Assembly: GCA_964016885.1 (NCBI GenBank)
Contig: OZ024744.1
Location: 1,922,001 to 1,986,000, forward strand
DNA length: 64,000 nucleotides
Reading direction: 5' to 3'
DNA from: Eledone cirrhosa
Lineage: Eukaryota
The notes beneath the pieces are model-generated. The model saw only the letters and a program-made list of their open reading frames with translations. It was not told the DNA's origin and searched no databases. Both the position numbers and the translations under genes were made by a program. Numbering within the stretch: position 1 is the first letter of the stretch; the number at the start of each line of letters is the position of its first letter. Shown piece after piece: positions 63,641 through 64,000 of this stretch.

Positions 63641-64000
63641 TCTTTCTCTACATTGTCTTCCCCAAAACTTCGTTCTTCACCAAGCTATCTTTCTCTACCT
63701 TGTCTTCCCTCAAAATGTCGTTCTTCACCAAGCTATCTTTCTCTACCTTGTCTTCCCCCAAAACTTCGTTCTTCACCAAGCTATCTTTCTCTACCTTGTC
63801 TTCCCCCAAAACTTCGTTCTTCACCAAGCTATCTTTCTCTACCTCGTCTTCCCTCAAAACTTCGTTCTTCACCAAGCTATCTTTCTCTACCTTGTCTTCC
63901 CCCAAAACTTCGTTCTTCACCAAGCTATCTTTCTCTACCTTGTCTCCTCCCAAAACTTCGTTCTTCACCAAGCTATCTTTCTCTACCTTATCTTCCCTCA

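Larger units (their letters stand above)
1..64000. repeat. Tandem satellite array, 48-bp monomer (CTTGTCTTCCCCCAAAACTTCGTTCTTCACCAAGCTATCTTTCTCTAC), ~1,335 head-to-tail copies, extends beyond both edges
   Basis: Positions 1-48 are repeated exactly at 49-96, and the unit recurs to position 64000 with usually 0-4 substitutions per monomer and occasional 1-bp indels. Consensus composition on + is C18 T18 A9 G3 (44% GC, 75% pyrimidine). No inverted monomer or non-repeat sequence was seen. Confidence 0.99.

Noticed and set aside
1095-63971. Minus-strand ORFs of repeated EKDSLVKNEVLGEDKV as functional genes
   Set aside because: They are broken every 0.2-1.9 kb by inherited frameshifts and stops, with no unique N- or C-terminus and mostly TTG/GTG starts inside the repeat. 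They are kept only as a hypothesis about the origin of the monomer.
1-64000. CRISPR array or other repeat-spacer system
   Set aside because: Monomers abut directly with no unique spacers. The variable part is only a few substitutions drawn from a small recurring set, and there are no cas genes or leader.
1-64000. G-quadruplex or telomeric repeat on the minus strand (GGGGG every 48 bp, TTTTGGGG look-alike)
   Set aside because: G-runs are separated by ~43 nt and often interrupted by variants. TTTTGGGG occurs once per monomer, not as a tandem telomeric tract.
1-64000. Antigenic-variation cassette or diversity-generating system encoded by monomer variants
   Set aside because: There is no expression site, recombinase, reverse transcriptase or template/variable pair in the window. 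The variant pattern is explained by ordinary duplication and homogenisation of satellite DNA.
1-64000. Whole array as a sequencing or assembly artefact
   Set aside because: Hierarchically shared private variants, linked substitution-indel haplotypes and diverged duplicate blocks indicate real evolutionary structure. Individual near-identical duplications (notably the 3308-bp one) still need read validation.

Overview
The whole 64-kb window is one uninterrupted, head-to-tail tandem array (satellite DNA) of a 48-bp monomer, consensus CTTGTCTTCCCCCAAAACTTCGTTCTTCACCAAGCTATCTTTCTCTAC. There are about 1,335 copies, all in the same orientation, and the array runs off both window edges. I found no unique sequence, transposon insertion, RNA gene, CRISPR spacer or credible protein-coding gene. 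The giant ORFs are a by-product of the monomer: it is a multiple of 3 and has no stop codon in any + frame or in one - frame. The information is in the pattern of monomer variants. These include ordered multi-monomer modules, two recurrent 47-bp deletion variants that act as landmarks, and nested duplications with offsets of 96, 480, 911, 957, 1533, 1536, 1777, 2494, 3257, 3308, 6610, 9006 and 20,214 bp. Two variant subfamilies alternate along the array (L ~1-39.2 kb, R ~39.2-56.7 kb, L ~56.7-59.5 kb, R ~59.5-63.6 kb, L to the end). I cannot assign the satellite to a named family or organism. A eukaryotic (peri)centromeric or heterochromatic satellite is the most likely reading, and origin from a repeat-protein coding sequence is a weaker, testable alternative. 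I see no sequence support for a new gene system here. All counts and coordinates were read by eye and are approximate.
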